DNA of 64,000 bases from an uncultured Actinomycetota bacterium (GTDB taxonomy: Bacteria; Actinomycetota; Actinomycetes; Actinomycetales; JAHECE01), in the NCBI GenBank assembly GCA_963780675.1, contig CAWACR010000008.1:77146-141145 (forward strand), written 5' to 3'. How positions within the stretch are numbered: the stretch's first letter is position 1; each line of letters begins with the position of its first letter. Below the pieces are notes generated by a model. That model saw nothing but the letters and a program-made list of their open reading frames with translations, ran no database searches and was not told the DNA's origin. The position numbers were made by a program, and so were the translations under genes. Positions 20,960 through 30,936 of this stretch are shown here, in pieces.

Positions 20960-21110
20960 TGGCGGGCGCCGCGGGCTCTGGCGGGCGCGGGGGCGACGTC
21001 GGGCGCCGCGGGCGGTGGCGCAGGCCGCGGGCGGTGGCGCAGGCCGCGGGCGCGGGGGCGGGGGCGCAGGCCGCGGGCGCGGGGGCGGGGGCGACGGCGG
21101 GCGCCGCGGC
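20960..21110. repeat. Low-complexity G/C-rich tandem repeats, intergenic
   Basis: Repeated GGCGCAGGCCGCGGGCG(CGGGGGCGGG) units. Confidence 0.7.
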
Positions 21111-21263
21111 GTGTCCCGGGGCGGGGCGTGGGCGGTGGAAGGCGCCGTGGGTGAGCGCGGGCGCCTTGGGCGGCCGGCGGCCGGCCGGCGGGCGCCGTCG
21201 TCGTCGTCGTCGGCTGGGCGCGCCGGGAACCGGCACGCCCACGCAACCTAGGTGGTTGGCCAC

Positions 21264-22595
21264 CTAGACGGCAGGGCGGATGTTCTGGTTGCCCCGGAAC
21301 ACGTTGTGCGGATCCCACTCGGCCTTGATGGCCGCGAGCCGGGCGTACTTCGCCTCGCCGAACGCGGCCCGCACCCGGTCCTCGCCCTCGTTGCCGATGA
21401 AGTTGAGGTACACGCCGCCGTTCGTGTGCGCCGCGATGTCGCGCCGGAAGCGCCTCGCCCAAGCGATCGCGGCGTCGGTCTCCTCCGGCCGCTCCCACAT
21501 GGCGAACGGGTGCGTGACCCAGGGGGTGGCGCGATGGGTGATCGGCGTGGCGTCCTCGGGGACCCGGGCGACGGCGCCGCCCCACGGGAAGAGGATCTGC
21601 TGGGTCCGTGCCGTGCCCCGGTTCAACCCGGACTCGACGAAGACGTCGAGGGCGTCGTCGGAGAAGGTGTCGTGGAAGTCGGCGCTCCAGTAGTGCCGGA
21701 ACCCGGGCGGATCCGTGAGCATGATCTGCAGCTCGGTGTACGGCATGGGCCCGAGGAGCTCGATCTCGGGCTCGAGGTCCACGAGCGGGCGGACCACCTC
21801 CGCCCCCTCGTCCTCGTCCCCCGCGTAGACCATGGCGACGGCGATGATCGTCTGCCCCACCAGCCGCGACGGCACGAACTCCTCCCGCGGCGCGGACAGC
21901 ATCAGAAGGCCCGATCCGAACGCGTCCGGAGCCTCGAGTGCGAAGTCGCGGTACGCCAGCGCGACGTCCCGCGCGCATCTCGCCGGCCACCCGATGAGAC
22001 CCGCGTGCACGATCGGACCCAGCCGGTGGAGCCGGAACTCGAAGGACGTCGCGACCCCGAAGTTCCCACCACCCCCGTGCAGCGCCCAGAAGAGGTCCGG
22101 GTTCTCGCGCTCGCTCGCCGTGACCTGTCGACCGTCGGCGGTGACGAGGTCCACCGAGATCAGGTTGTCGCACGCCAGCCCGAACGCCCGCGAGAGCCAG
22201 CCGTCCCCGCCGCCGAGGGTGTAGCCGGACACGCCCGTGGTGACCGCCCGCCCTCCCGTGACCGCGAGCCCGTGAGCCTGGGCGGCGGCGTCGAACTCCC
22301 CCCAGGTGACGCCGCCGCCCACGCGGGCCGTCTGCCGGTCCGGATCGATCGTCAGGCGCTTCATCGGGCGCACGTCGATCACCAGGCCGCCGTCGTTGCT
22401 CGACAGGCCCGAGACGGAGTGGCCCCCGGACCGGACGGCCACCTCGAGGCCGCGCTCGCGGGCGTACGCCAGCGCCTGCGCGACGTCTCCGGGCGTGGCG
22501 CAGCGGGCGATCACCGCCGGTCGCCTGTCGATCGCGAGGTTGAACAACCCGCGCAACTCGTCGTAGCGGATGTGACCCGGCTCGATAGTTTCCAC
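21264..22595 (-). CDS. FAD-binding oxidoreductase (berberine bridge enzyme-like)
   Basis: VRSGGHS, GYTLGGGDG, DLFWALHGGGGNFGV, YLNF and KAEWDPHNVFR motifs. Confidence 0.92.
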   Translation of the reverse strand: METIEPGHIRYDELRGLFNLAIDRRPAVIARCATPGDVAQALAYARERGLEVAVRSGGHSVSGLSSNDGGLVIDVRPMKRLTIDPDRQTARVGGGVTWGEFDAAAQAHGLAVTGGRAVTTGVSGYTLGGGDGWLSRAFGLACDNLISVDLVTADGRQVTASERENPDLFWALHGGGGNFGVATSFEFRLHRLGPIVHAGLIGWPARCARDVALAYRDFALEAPDAFGSGLLMLSAPREEFVPSRLVGQTIIAVAMVYAGDEDEGAEVVRPLVDLEPEIELLGPMPYTELQIMLTDPPGFRHYWSADFHDTFSDDALDVFVESGLNRGTARTQQILFPWGGAVARVPEDATPITHRATPWVTHPFAMWERPEETDAAIAWARRFRRDIAAHTNGGVYLNFIGNEGEDRVRAAFGEAKYARLAAIKAEWDPHNVFRGNQNIRPAV

Positions 22596-22676
22596 GGCGC
22601 CCCCCGGTGGATCTTCCCTCTCCCAGGGTCCACCCGCCCGGCGCCGGCGTCAACGGTCAGTCGGTCCCTCCCCCGC

Positions 22677-23676
22677 TCACCGCCGCGAGCGCGGGACCAG
22701 GCGCACCGTGGGGAGTTCCGGCGCCGGCAGCGGGGGCCCCTCGATAGCCCTCCACCCGACCGAACCGCACCGACCCCGCCGCGAGGCCCGCCTGCCACTG
22801 CGCCCGCGCCTCGACCACCTCGTCGTGCGTGCGCCCCACGAAGTTCCACCACATGAGGATGTCCTCGCCGAACGGCGCCCCGCCGAGCAGCAGGAGCCGG
22901 GCGCCGTCGGGCCCGTCCACCGCGAGGTCCAGGGCGTCCCGTCCGGGCGAGGAGTAGGCGAGGGCCGACGACGGCGTGCGCTCCCCGTCGACCGTGACGT
23001 CGCCGGAGTCCACGAGCACGGCGTGCTCGAAGCCCGGGTCCACGGGCAGCCGCACCCGCGCCCCGGCCGGGAGGGTGATCTCCGCCGCGACGAGCGGGCT
23101 GAACGTCGTCGCCGGCGAGGCCGCCCCGGCGAGCGACCCCATGAGGACGACGACGCGCGCCCCCGGGGCGCCGCCGGCACCGTCGAGCGCCACCACGGGC
23201 AGGTCGGCGTGGTGCTCGAACGTGGGCGCGGTGTGGCGCGCGGAGTCGGGGAGCGCGACCCAGAGCTGGACCCCGTGGAGCATGCGCGTGCCGGGGAGCG
23301 AGACCTCCGAGTGGGAGATCCCGTGTCCGGCCGTCATGAGGTTGAGCCGGCCGGGGCTGATGGTCTGGACCGAGCCGACGCTGTCGCGGTGCTCGACGTC
23401 GCCCGCAAAGAGCCAGGTCACGGTCTGCAGGCCGGTGTGGGGATGCGGCGGGACGTTCATGCCGGCGCCCGGGGCGACGTCGTCGGGGCCGTAGTGGTCG
23501 AGGAAGCACCACGGACCCACGAGGCTGCGCTCGCGCGTGGGCAGGGTCCGGCGGACGGTCATGGCACGCGGGCCGCCGAGCGGGACGAGGCGCGGCTCGA
23601 TCACCTCGACGCCCGGGTGGGGCGCGGCGTCCGGGTGGCAGGTGGTCTCGACAGGCAGGGTCTCGAGATTGCTCAC
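22677..23676 (-). CDS. Pirin family protein (C-terminal frameshift likely)
   Basis: PHPHTGLQTVTW, HRDS, MTAGHGISHSE, QLWVALP and WWNFV motifs. Confidence 0.92.
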
Positions 23677-23753
23677 CGGGTCACCATAAGCAGGCGCGTC
23701 AACCCCTCTCCGCTCTGCTCCCCTCCCGCCCCTTCCCTCCCCGTCCCGCCGTT

Positions 23754-23843
23754 TCGCTGAGGTCGAGCGCTCTCGTTCGTGAGGTCGAGCGACACGCCGC
23801 GTGCGCCCTCGACCTCACGAACCAGAGGGCTCGACCTCGGCGA
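23754..23843. repeat. REP-like palindromic element with 36-bp arms (33/36 matching)
   Basis: Left arm 23754-23789, right arm 23808-23843 (CTCGACCTCACGAACCAGAGGGCTCGACCTCGGCGA). Confidence 0.85.
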
Positions 23844-24077
23844 GGTGGGGGTATCGCGCCGTCGGGAGGCGGCGCCGTCGGGAGGCGGCGAGGCGTCGGG
23901 AGGCGGGGCACGGGCACGGGGGGCGGGGCCGACGGGGAGATCGGGGGCGGGGCTGGGGGCCGGGGCCGGCGGCGGGGCGGGAATGTGCTGACAGGGTGTG
24001 GCAACGTCACCTCGCCCGTGTAATGTCTGGGCAAAGTTCGCCGTCGCAGCGCCGCGACCGGCCGCACGCCGTTCTTT

Positions 24078-24125
24078 ACCCACGCCCAACGCACCACCCA
24101 CGCCCAACGCACCACCCACGCCCGA
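24078..24125 (+). repeat. 18-nt tandem repeat in the leader of the ATP-grasp operon
   Basis: ACCCACGCCCAACGCACC x2 plus a partial third copy. Confidence 0.8.
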
Positions 24126-24167
24126 CGCCCGACGCCCACCACACCCGACGCACCGAGGAGGAGCGAC

Positions 24168-26654
24168 GTGACCGACCTCCTCACGTCTTACCGTGCGGGC
24201 GGCCCGGGCCACGACGAGATGCTCCAGTCCACCGGCGCGGCGCGCGCGGCCTGGGCCCAGCTGGCCGACCTCGTCGACCTCCACAGCTGGGACCAGCTCT
24301 CCGGCCGGCGCGCCGACGTCGTCCGCCTCCTCGAGGACCACGGCGTCCAGTACGGCGGCGAGGACAGCGGCGAGCCCTGGAACCTCGACCCGCTCCCCGT
24401 CCTGCTCGACGAGGCGGAGTGGGCCGACCTCGAGGCGGGCATCGCGCAGCGCAGCGAGCTCCTCGACGAGATCCTCACCGACGTCTACGGCCCACGGCGC
24501 CTCCTGTCGACCGGGATCCTGCCCCCGGAGGTCGTGCTCGGTCACCCCGGGTTCCTGCGGGCCGCCGACGGCGTCACCCTCCCCGGTCAGCACCAGCTCT
24601 TCCTCGCGGCGGCCGACATCGGGCGCAACGCGGACGGCTCCTGGCAGGTGATCGCGGACCGCACCCAGGCGCCGTCGGGCATGGGCTATGCCATGGAGGA
24701 CCGCCGTGTCCTCGCCCAGGTCCTCGCCGGGCTTTACCGCAAGGCGCGGATCCAGCGCATCGGGCCGTTCTTCCACGCGATGCGCCTCGCGCTGCGCGAG
24801 GTCGCCCCGCCGAACGCGGGCGACGTCCCCCGCATCGCCCTGCTCACCCCGGGCGCCTACTCGGAGACGGCCTTCGACCAGGCGTACCTGTCCGCGATGC
24901 TCGGCTTCCCGCTCGTCGAGGGCGGGGACCTGATGGTCGACGGCGGCCGGCTGTGGATGCGGTCCATGGACAAGCGCGAGCCGGTCGACGTGCTGATCCG
25001 CCGCGTCGACGCCGAGTACTGCGACCCCCTCGACCTCCGCGGCGACTCCCGCCTGGGCGTGCCGGGCCTGGTCCATCTGGCGCGCCAGGGCGGCGTCTCG
25101 ATCGTCAACACCCTCGGCAGCGGGATCCTGGAGAACGCGGCGCTGCTCACCTTCCTCCCCCGCATCTGCCGCGAGCTGCGCGGCCAGGAGCTCATGCTCG
25201 GCTCCGCCGTCACCTACTGGTGCGGGGAGCGGTCGATGGGCAGCCACGTCATCGCCAACCTCGAGCGCCTCGTCATCAAGCCGACGGCGCGCTCCCGCGA
25301 GCAGCGCTCCGTCCTCGGGTGGACCCTGACGACGGCGCAGCGCGCCGACCTGGCCGCCCGGATCGCCGCCGCCCCCCACGAGTGGGTGGGCCAGGAGCCG
25401 ATCGAGGCATCCACCGCCCCCACCGTGGCCGACCGCGGCCTCGAGGCGCGCGCCACGCTCCTGCGGACGTTTGCCGTCGCCCGCCCGGACGGCTACCAGG
25501 TCATGTCCGGTGCTCTCGCCCGGGTGGCGACCACCGCGGACGCGACGCTCGTCTCGAACTCCGCCGTCGCCATCGCCAAGGACGTCTGGGTCCTGTCCTC
25601 GGAGCCGTACGCGATCTCGGACCCGTGGGTGCAGGAAGGCCCCGCGCCGCAGCGCGTCGCCGCGAGCATCTCGCCCCGCGTGGCCGAGGACATGTACTGG
25701 TTCGGCCGCTACGCCGAGCGCGCCGAGGCGACCGTCCGCCTGCTGCGCGCCGTCGGCGACCGGTGGGACGACTTCCACGCCCAGCCCGGCGCCACGGGCG
25801 GCCAGGCGCTCGCCGTCCTGCAGGACGCGCTCGCGCACATCGCCGCGCCCGGCGCCCTGTCCGCGCTCCTGCTAGACCCCACCCTGCCCGGCTCCGTGGC
25901 GTTCGCGGTCACGCGCATGTCCACGGCGGCGGCCGCCGTCCGCGACCAGCTGAGCGGCGACACCTGGCTCGCCATCTCCAGCCTGGAGCGCACCCTGCAC
26001 CGCGAGCGGGCGCGCCGGGAGCGGACCAGCGGGGTGGCCGACGGCGCGGCTCCCGCGCCCGTGCTCGCGCGCCTCCTCGAGAGCCTCCTCGCGCTCCAGG
26101 GTCTCGGCGCGGAGGCGATGGTGCGCGACGTCGGCTGGTACCTCATGGACATCGGCGCCCGCCTCGAGCGGGCCCAGTTCCTCGTCGCCACGATCGAGGC
26201 GACGCTCACGCAGCGCCGGAGCGCCGCCGTCGACTCCCTGGTCCTGGAGTCGGTGCTCATCGCGTCCGAGAGCGTCATCACCTACCGGCGGCGCTACCAG
26301 ACGCGCGCGAACGTGCGCACGATGCTCGACCTCCTGCTCCTCGACCCGCGGAACCCGCGCTCGCTGCAGTTCCAGCTGGACCGGCTGCGGGCGGACCTCG
26401 CCGAGGTGCCCGCCGCCAGCCACGGGGTCGCGGCGCGCGATCGCCTGCTGGCCGACATCGCGGACCTGCTGGTCGAGCTCGACACCGCCGTGGTGGCGGA
26501 CACCGACGACCACGGGCTGCGGCGTCGGCTCGTCGACCTCCTCGAGTCCGTGGGCTGGCGCCTGCAGGAGCTCGACGCCGAGCTCACCCGCGCGCACTTC
26601 GTCCAGCCGACGCCGAGCCAGTGGCTCGACGCCGGGACGTGGGGTGCCGCATGA
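24168..26654 (+). CDS. Circularly permuted type 2 ATP-grasp protein fused to an alpha-E domain
   Basis: DRTQAPSGMGYA, RRVDAEYCDPLDLR, VNTLGSG, KDVWV. Alpha-E motifs YWFGRYAERAE, LERA and NPRS..FQL. Confidence 0.92.
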   Translation: MTDLLTSYRAGGPGHDEMLQSTGAARAAWAQLADLVDLHSWDQLSGRRADVVRLLEDHGVQYGGEDSGEPWNLDPLPVLLDEAEWADLEAGIAQRSELLDEILTDVYGPRRLLSTGILPPEVVLGHPGFLRAADGVTLPGQHQLFLAAADIGRNADGSWQVIADRTQAPSGMGYAMEDRRVLAQVLAGLYRKARIQRIGPFFHAMRLALREVAPPNAGDVPRIALLTPGAYSETAFDQAYLSAMLGFPLVEGGDLMVDGGRLWMRSMDKREPVDVLIRRVDAEYCDPLDLRGDSRLGVPGLVHLARQGGVSIVNTLGSGILENAALLTFLPRICRELRGQELMLGSAVTYWCGERSMGSHVIANLERLVIKPTARSREQRSVLGWTLTTAQRADLAARIAAAPHEWVGQEPIEASTAPTVADRGLEARATLLRTFAVARPDGYQVMSGALARVATTADATLVSNSAVAIAKDVWVLSSEPYAISDPWVQEGPAPQRVAASISPRVAEDMYWFGRYAERAEATVRLLRAVGDRWDDFHAQPGATGGQALAVLQDALAHIAAPGALSALLLDPTLPGSVAFAVTRMSTAAAAVRDQLSGDTWLAISSLERTLHRERARRERTSGVADGAAPAPVLARLLESLLALQGLGAEAMVRDVGWYLMDIGARLERAQFLVATIEATLTQRRSAAVDSLVLESVLIASESVITYRRRYQTRANVRTMLDLLLLDPRNPRSLQFQLDRLRADLAEVPAASHGVAARDRLLADIADLLVELDTAVVADTDDHGLRRRLVDLLESVGWRLQELDAELTRAHFVQPTPSQWLDAGTWGAA

Positions 26655-27615
26655 GCCGCCCCGACCCCACGGACGCCCGCCATTTCCGGCTCGTGCACCG
26701 GACCACGTACACCTATCCCGAGCCCGTCACGTCCTCCTACGGCCGCGCGCTCCTGCTGCCGCGGACCACGGGCGGGCAGGTGTGCCACAGCAGCGAGATC
26801 CGCACCACGCCGTCGGCCGCGGAGATCGCCGAACACCGGGACTTCTACGGCAACCGGTCCAGCTACTTCGCGATCACGGAACCCCACACCGTCCTCGAGG
26901 TGGTGGCCGAGTCGGTGCTCACGGTGGCCCGGCGCACCCCGCACGTCGACCGCATCCCGGCGATGGGGTGGAGCAGGCCGCCCGGGTCACCCGCGCCCTG
27001 CGCAGCACCGGGAACCAGAGCCAGCCCGACCATGCCGCCGCCGTCGTCGCGGTGACCGACGGCGCGCTGGCCTCGGCCATGGTCGAGCTCGACGAGACCG
27101 TGCGGGCGTACGCGGCGCCGTCGTTCACCCCGGGGCGGCCGGTGGGGCACGTCATCCGGGACCTGACGGCGCGCATCTTCGCCGACTTCACGTACAAGTC
27201 CGGCTCCACGACCGTGCGCACGCGGCTGCCGGAGCTGCTCGAGAAGCGCACCGGCGTCTGCCAGGACTTCGCGCACGTGCTCGTGGCGTGCGCACGGTCC
27301 ATGGGGCTGGCGGCGCGGTACATCTCCGGCTACATCGAGACCCAGCCGCCGCCCGGGGTGCCGAAGCTGCGCGGCGTCGACGCCTCGCACGCGTGGGCGT
27401 CGGTGTGGGTGCCGCACGGCGGGTGGGTGCAGACGGACCCCACGAACGACCAGTTCGTCGACAACCGGTACGTCGTCCTCGGGTGGGGGCGCGACTACCG
27501 CGACGTCTCGCCGCTGCGGGGGATCGTGTTCACGGAAGGGGAGGGGTCGTCGCTGTCGGTCGGCGTGGACCTCCTGCCGCTCGACGCCGCGGAGGTCGCG
27601 CCGGCGCGGCGCTGA
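26651..27615 (+). CDS. Transglutaminase family protein, frameshift near 26965
   Basis: N-terminal HRTTYTY; catalytic GVCQDFAH, SHAW, DPTN; GRDYRDVSPLRG. ATGA overlap with the upstream stop. Confidence 0.9.
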
Positions 27616-27684
27616 CGGGCCCGACGCCGCCCCCCGGCTGTGCGGGGCGCCGTCGCCGGCCCGGAGAGCCGACGACGGCGAGCC

Positions 27685-28476
27685 TCACCCGACGGGGGTG
27701 TCCCCCACGTACGGGGTGCGCAGCTGGACCGGCTCCGGAGCTGCCTCGCGGCGGACCTCCGCCTTGCGCGCCTGGACGGCCGCGACACGCAGGTTGAGCG
27801 CCTCGACGAGCAGCGAGAAGGCGATCGGGCCGTAGATGTAGCCCTTGGGGATGTGCTGGTCGAAGCCCTCGGCCACCAGGCTCATGCCGATCAGCAGAAG
27901 GAACGAGAGGGCGAGCATCTTCACGGTCGGGTGCCGATCGACGAACTCCCCGATCGGCCCGGCCGAGACGAGCATGATCCCCACCGACACCACCACGGCC
28001 GCGATCATCACGGCAAGCTCGTCCACCATGCCCACGGCGGTGATGACGGAGTCGAGGGAGAACACGAGGTCGAGCAGGATGATCTGCACGATCACGGCGC
28101 CGAACGTGGCGGCGACCTTGCGCTCCTTGTGCTCTTCCGGCCCCTCGAGCCGCTCGTGGATCTCGAAGGTCGCCTTGGTGATGAGGAAGAGGCCTCCGAG
28201 CAGCAGGATCAGGTCGCGGCCGGAGATCTCCTGACCGAGCACCGTGAACAGCGGCGCCGTCAGCTTGACGATCCACGACAGCGACAGCAGCAGAAGGATC
28301 CGCATGATGAGCGCCAGCGACAGGCCGAGCGTGCGGGCCCGCGGGCGCTGCTCGGGCGGGAGCTTCCCCGCCATGATCGAGATGAAGACGATGTTGTCGA
28401 TGCCGAGGACGATCTCCAGGAGGAGGAGTGTCGCGAAGGCGAGCCAGATCTCCGGGCTGGCGAGCAGCTCGAGCAT
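27685..28476 (-). CDS. TerC family membrane protein
   Basis: LEIVLGIDNIVFISI, DLVFSLDSVITAVG and KGYIY motifs. Confidence 0.92.
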   Translation of the reverse strand: MLELLASPEIWLAFATLLLLEIVLGIDNIVFISIMAGKLPPEQRPRARTLGLSLALIMRILLLLSLSWIVKLTAPLFTVLGQEISGRDLILLLGGLFLITKATFEIHERLEGPEEHKERKVAATFGAVIVQIILLDLVFSLDSVITAVGMVDELAVMIAAVVVSVGIMLVSAGPIGEFVDRHPTVKMLALSFLLLIGMSLVAEGFDQHIPKGYIYGPIAFSLLVEALNLRVAAVQARKAEVRREAAPEPVQLRTPYVGDTPVG

Positions 28477-28617
28477 GAAGGATCCTCTCGGGATGGGGCA
28501 GGAACCGCAGATTGTGCCCGCCCGCGCCCCCCTCACGCGACCGCGCCGACTGCCCGCCCCCGGCACGCCCCGACTCCCCGCCCCGGCCCCGCGGTCGACG
28601 CCGGTAAAATTCACGCC

Positions 28618-29079
28618 ATGCCGGCAACGCGTGGACGCGACGACGACGCCCCCGGCGGGGCGCCGTCGTCCGCCGCGCGCCTCGTCGTCGCCGCCGCGAT
28701 CGTCGACGACCTTCTCGCGCCGCGACGCCTCCTGGCTGCCCGCCGCTCTGCCCCGAAGTCCCTGGCGGGACGGTGGGAGTTCCCGGGCGGGAAGGTCGAG
28801 CCCGGCGAGACCCACCACGAGGCCCTCCACCGGGAGATGGCCGAAGAGCTCGGCATCACGATCGCCGTCGGACGCGTCGTGCCCGGCCCCCTGGCCGGCG
28901 CCTGGCGGGTCCTGCCGGGGTACGAGATGCGGGTCTGGGTCGCGGAGATCGTCGACGGCGAACCCGCGCCGCTCCTGGACCACGACGAGATCCGCTGGCT
29001 GGCCCCCGGCCGGTGGCACGACGTGCCCTGGCTCGACGCGGACGTCCCGATCGTCGACGCCCTCGCCAACCTGACGTGA
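28618..29079 (+). CDS. NUDIX (MutT-like) pyrophosphohydrolase
   Basis: Nudix box WEFPGGKVEPGET..EALHREMAEELG. TAAAAT lies 7 nt before ATG, suggesting a leaderless transcript. Confidence 0.88.
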   Translation: MPATRGRDDDAPGGAPSSAARLVVAAAIVDDLLAPRRLLAARRSAPKSLAGRWEFPGGKVEPGETHHEALHREMAEELGITIAVGRVVPGPLAGAWRVLPGYEMRVWVAEIVDGEPAPLLDHDEIRWLAPGRWHDVPWLDADVPIVDALANLT

Positions 29080-29152
29080 GTCCCGCGGCCCCGTCCTGAC
29101 ACCTGTTCACGACGATTGGCGCCATTCCGTCACCAAGTGCGACACTAGGCTC

Positions 29153-29764
29153 ATGCCCAAGATAATGGGGGCGTCCCTCGCCGAGCATCGGGAGCAGATC
29201 CGCACCCGCCTCTTCGACGCGCTCTCCTCGCTCATGGCCGAGTCGGGGTTCGACTCCATCAGCCTCGCCGACATCGCCGCGAAGGCCGGCGTCGGCCGCA
29301 CGGCGGTCTACAACCACTTCACGGACAAGGAAGCCCTGCTCCTCGCGTTCATCGAGAGCGAGACGGCTTCGTACGTCGCCACCCTCGAGGCCGCCCTCGC
29401 CGGGGTCGAGGACCCGGAGGACCAGCTCCGCGTCTACGTCCGCCAGCAGATCCAGCTCACGAGGGACTACCGCCTCGCGCCGGGCCCGGACCTGCGCTCC
29501 GTCGTCTCGCGTGCCACGCTCGAGCGGTTGCGCGACCACGCCGTCCACGTGGAGCGGATCCTCCGCCGCATCCTGGGCGCCGGCATCGAGTCCGGCCGGT
29601 TCCCCGACCAGGACCTCGACGTCGTCGTCCCCCTCGTCAACGCGTGCCTGTCGGGGCGGGGCGGGCGCGAGCCCGGCGGCCCGCGTCCGGCCACGATCGA
29701 CGGGACGGAGGCTTTCCTCCTGCGCGCGGTGGGCGCCCTGGCCCCGGTCGGCACGCCGGCCTGA
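29153..29764 (+). CDS. TetR/AcrR family transcriptional regulator
   Basis: SLADIAAKAGVGRTAVYNHFTDKEALL HTH. Confidence 0.92.
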   Translation: MPKIMGASLAEHREQIRTRLFDALSSLMAESGFDSISLADIAAKAGVGRTAVYNHFTDKEALLLAFIESETASYVATLEAALAGVEDPEDQLRVYVRQQIQLTRDYRLAPGPDLRSVVSRATLERLRDHAVHVERILRRILGAGIESGRFPDQDLDVVVPLVNACLSGRGGREPGGPRPATIDGTEAFLLRAVGALAPVGTPA

Positions 29765-29826
29765 CGCTCGGGCTTGTGCCCAGGCGGGCGACCCCGACGA
29801 CGGCGCCCGGCCAGGTGGATCGACGC

Positions 29827-30087
29827 TCAGCGGCGCCGACCGCGTCCCGCGTACAGGGAGACGCCGAGGGCGGCGAGGGCAACCTGGATCGCCAGTTCGA
29901 TCCAGTCGATCCCCGCAGTGTTCGCGACGCCGAGGAGACGCGCGATGAACGTGCCCACGAGCGCAGCCGCGATCCCGACGACGATCGTCATGAGGATGCC
30001 CATGTTCTGCTTGCCCCGCACGAACAGGCGACCGAGCGCCCCGATGATCAGTCCGACGATGATGGCGCTGATGATTGACGTCAACAT
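29827..30087 (-). CDS. GlsB/YeaQ/YmgE family stress response membrane protein
   Basis: Small hydrophobic protein with IIVGLIIGALGRL..GKQ, TIVVGIAAA and GIDW. Confidence 0.85.
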   Translation of the reverse strand: MLTSIISAIIVGLIIGALGRLFVRGKQNMGILMTIVVGIAAALVGTFIARLLGVANTAGIDWIELAIQVALAALGVSLYAGRGRRR

Positions 30088-30196
30088 GCGTGCACCGTAA
30101 CCGCTGCCCCTCGCCGTGCTCCACTCCGCCCCGGCTGCACCCGGTCGCGCGCCCGGCGCCACGTGGCGGCGCCCGGCGGCCGACTAGGGTCGAGCC

Positions 30197-30934
30197 ATGC
30201 GCCGAGGTCTCGTGCTCGTCCTGGTGATCGCCCTGGTGGGCCTCGGATTGCTGGCTGTGGCGGACCGGCTGGTCCACCGATCCGCGGAGTCGCGCGCCAC
30301 CGAAGCGCTTGCCGACGCCGGAATCGACCTCAGCGACGACGCCGCGATCACCCTCGGCGGGTTCCCGTTCCTCACCCAGCTGGCGAGCGGCCGTCTGACC
30401 GAGGCGACCCTCGACGCCGACGGCGCGACGATCGAGGGGATGGATCTCGTCGACGTCGAGGCCACGGCCCTGGGCGTCAGCACCGCCGCCCCGTACACGG
30501 CCGAGTCGCTCGAGCTGAGCGCAACGGCCCCGGCGGCCACCCTCGACCAGGCCGTCGCGGACTCCGGGCTCGGCGAGCTGGGCTTCGACGTCGAGATCGG
30601 CATCGAGGACGGCGTCGTCGTCGCCTCGACCACCGTGCTCCGCCTCCCGGTCGAGGTGTCGATGGTCCCCGTTCCCGCCGGACGCGCGATCGGGATGGGC
30701 CTGGAGTCGTTCTCGATCGCGGGCTTCACGGTCTCGGCCGAGGACCTCCCCGAGATCCTCCGCGACGCCCTCGCCCGGATCCACGTGCCTCTCGAGGAGC
30801 TGCCCGAGGGGCTCGAGGTGACCGACGTCGTCGTCGTCGAGAACGGCCTGCGGATCACGGCGAGCGGGACGGAGGTGGTCCTGCAGGCCCCCGCGTCCGA
30901 GACCGCCGGAGACGAGCCGGCCGACCAGGGCTGA
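30197..30934 (+). CDS. LmeA/DUF2993 family phospholipid-binding protein
   Basis: N-terminal TM followed by ADR, GFPFLTQLASG and LPEGL...V.V...GLRITASG. Confidence 0.8.
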   Translation: MRRGLVLVLVIALVGLGLLAVADRLVHRSAESRATEALADAGIDLSDDAAITLGGFPFLTQLASGRLTEATLDADGATIEGMDLVDVEATALGVSTAAPYTAESLELSATAPAATLDQAVADSGLGELGFDVEIGIEDGVVVASTTVLRLPVEVSMVPVPAGRAIGMGLESFSIAGFTVSAEDLPEILRDALARIHVPLEELPEGLEVTDVVVVENGLRITASGTEVVLQAPASETAGDEPADQG

Positions 30935-30936
30935 GG

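Noticed and set aside
23995..24030. GlnR-like box upstream of the ATP-grasp operon
   Set aside because: The match to the consensus is too weak to support.
20960..24140. Possible CRISPR array among the intergenic repeats
   Set aside because: The repeats are adjacent tandem or inverted copies without unique spacers, and there are no cas genes.
23801..27055. 1084-aa and other long Arg/Pro-rich shadow ORFs
   Set aside because: These are off-frame or antisense ORFs expected at very high GC, overlapping well-supported genes.
28477..28617. yybP-ykoY riboswitch upstream of terC
   Set aside because: I could not identify the conserved motif by eye. An Infernal/Rfam scan would be needed.
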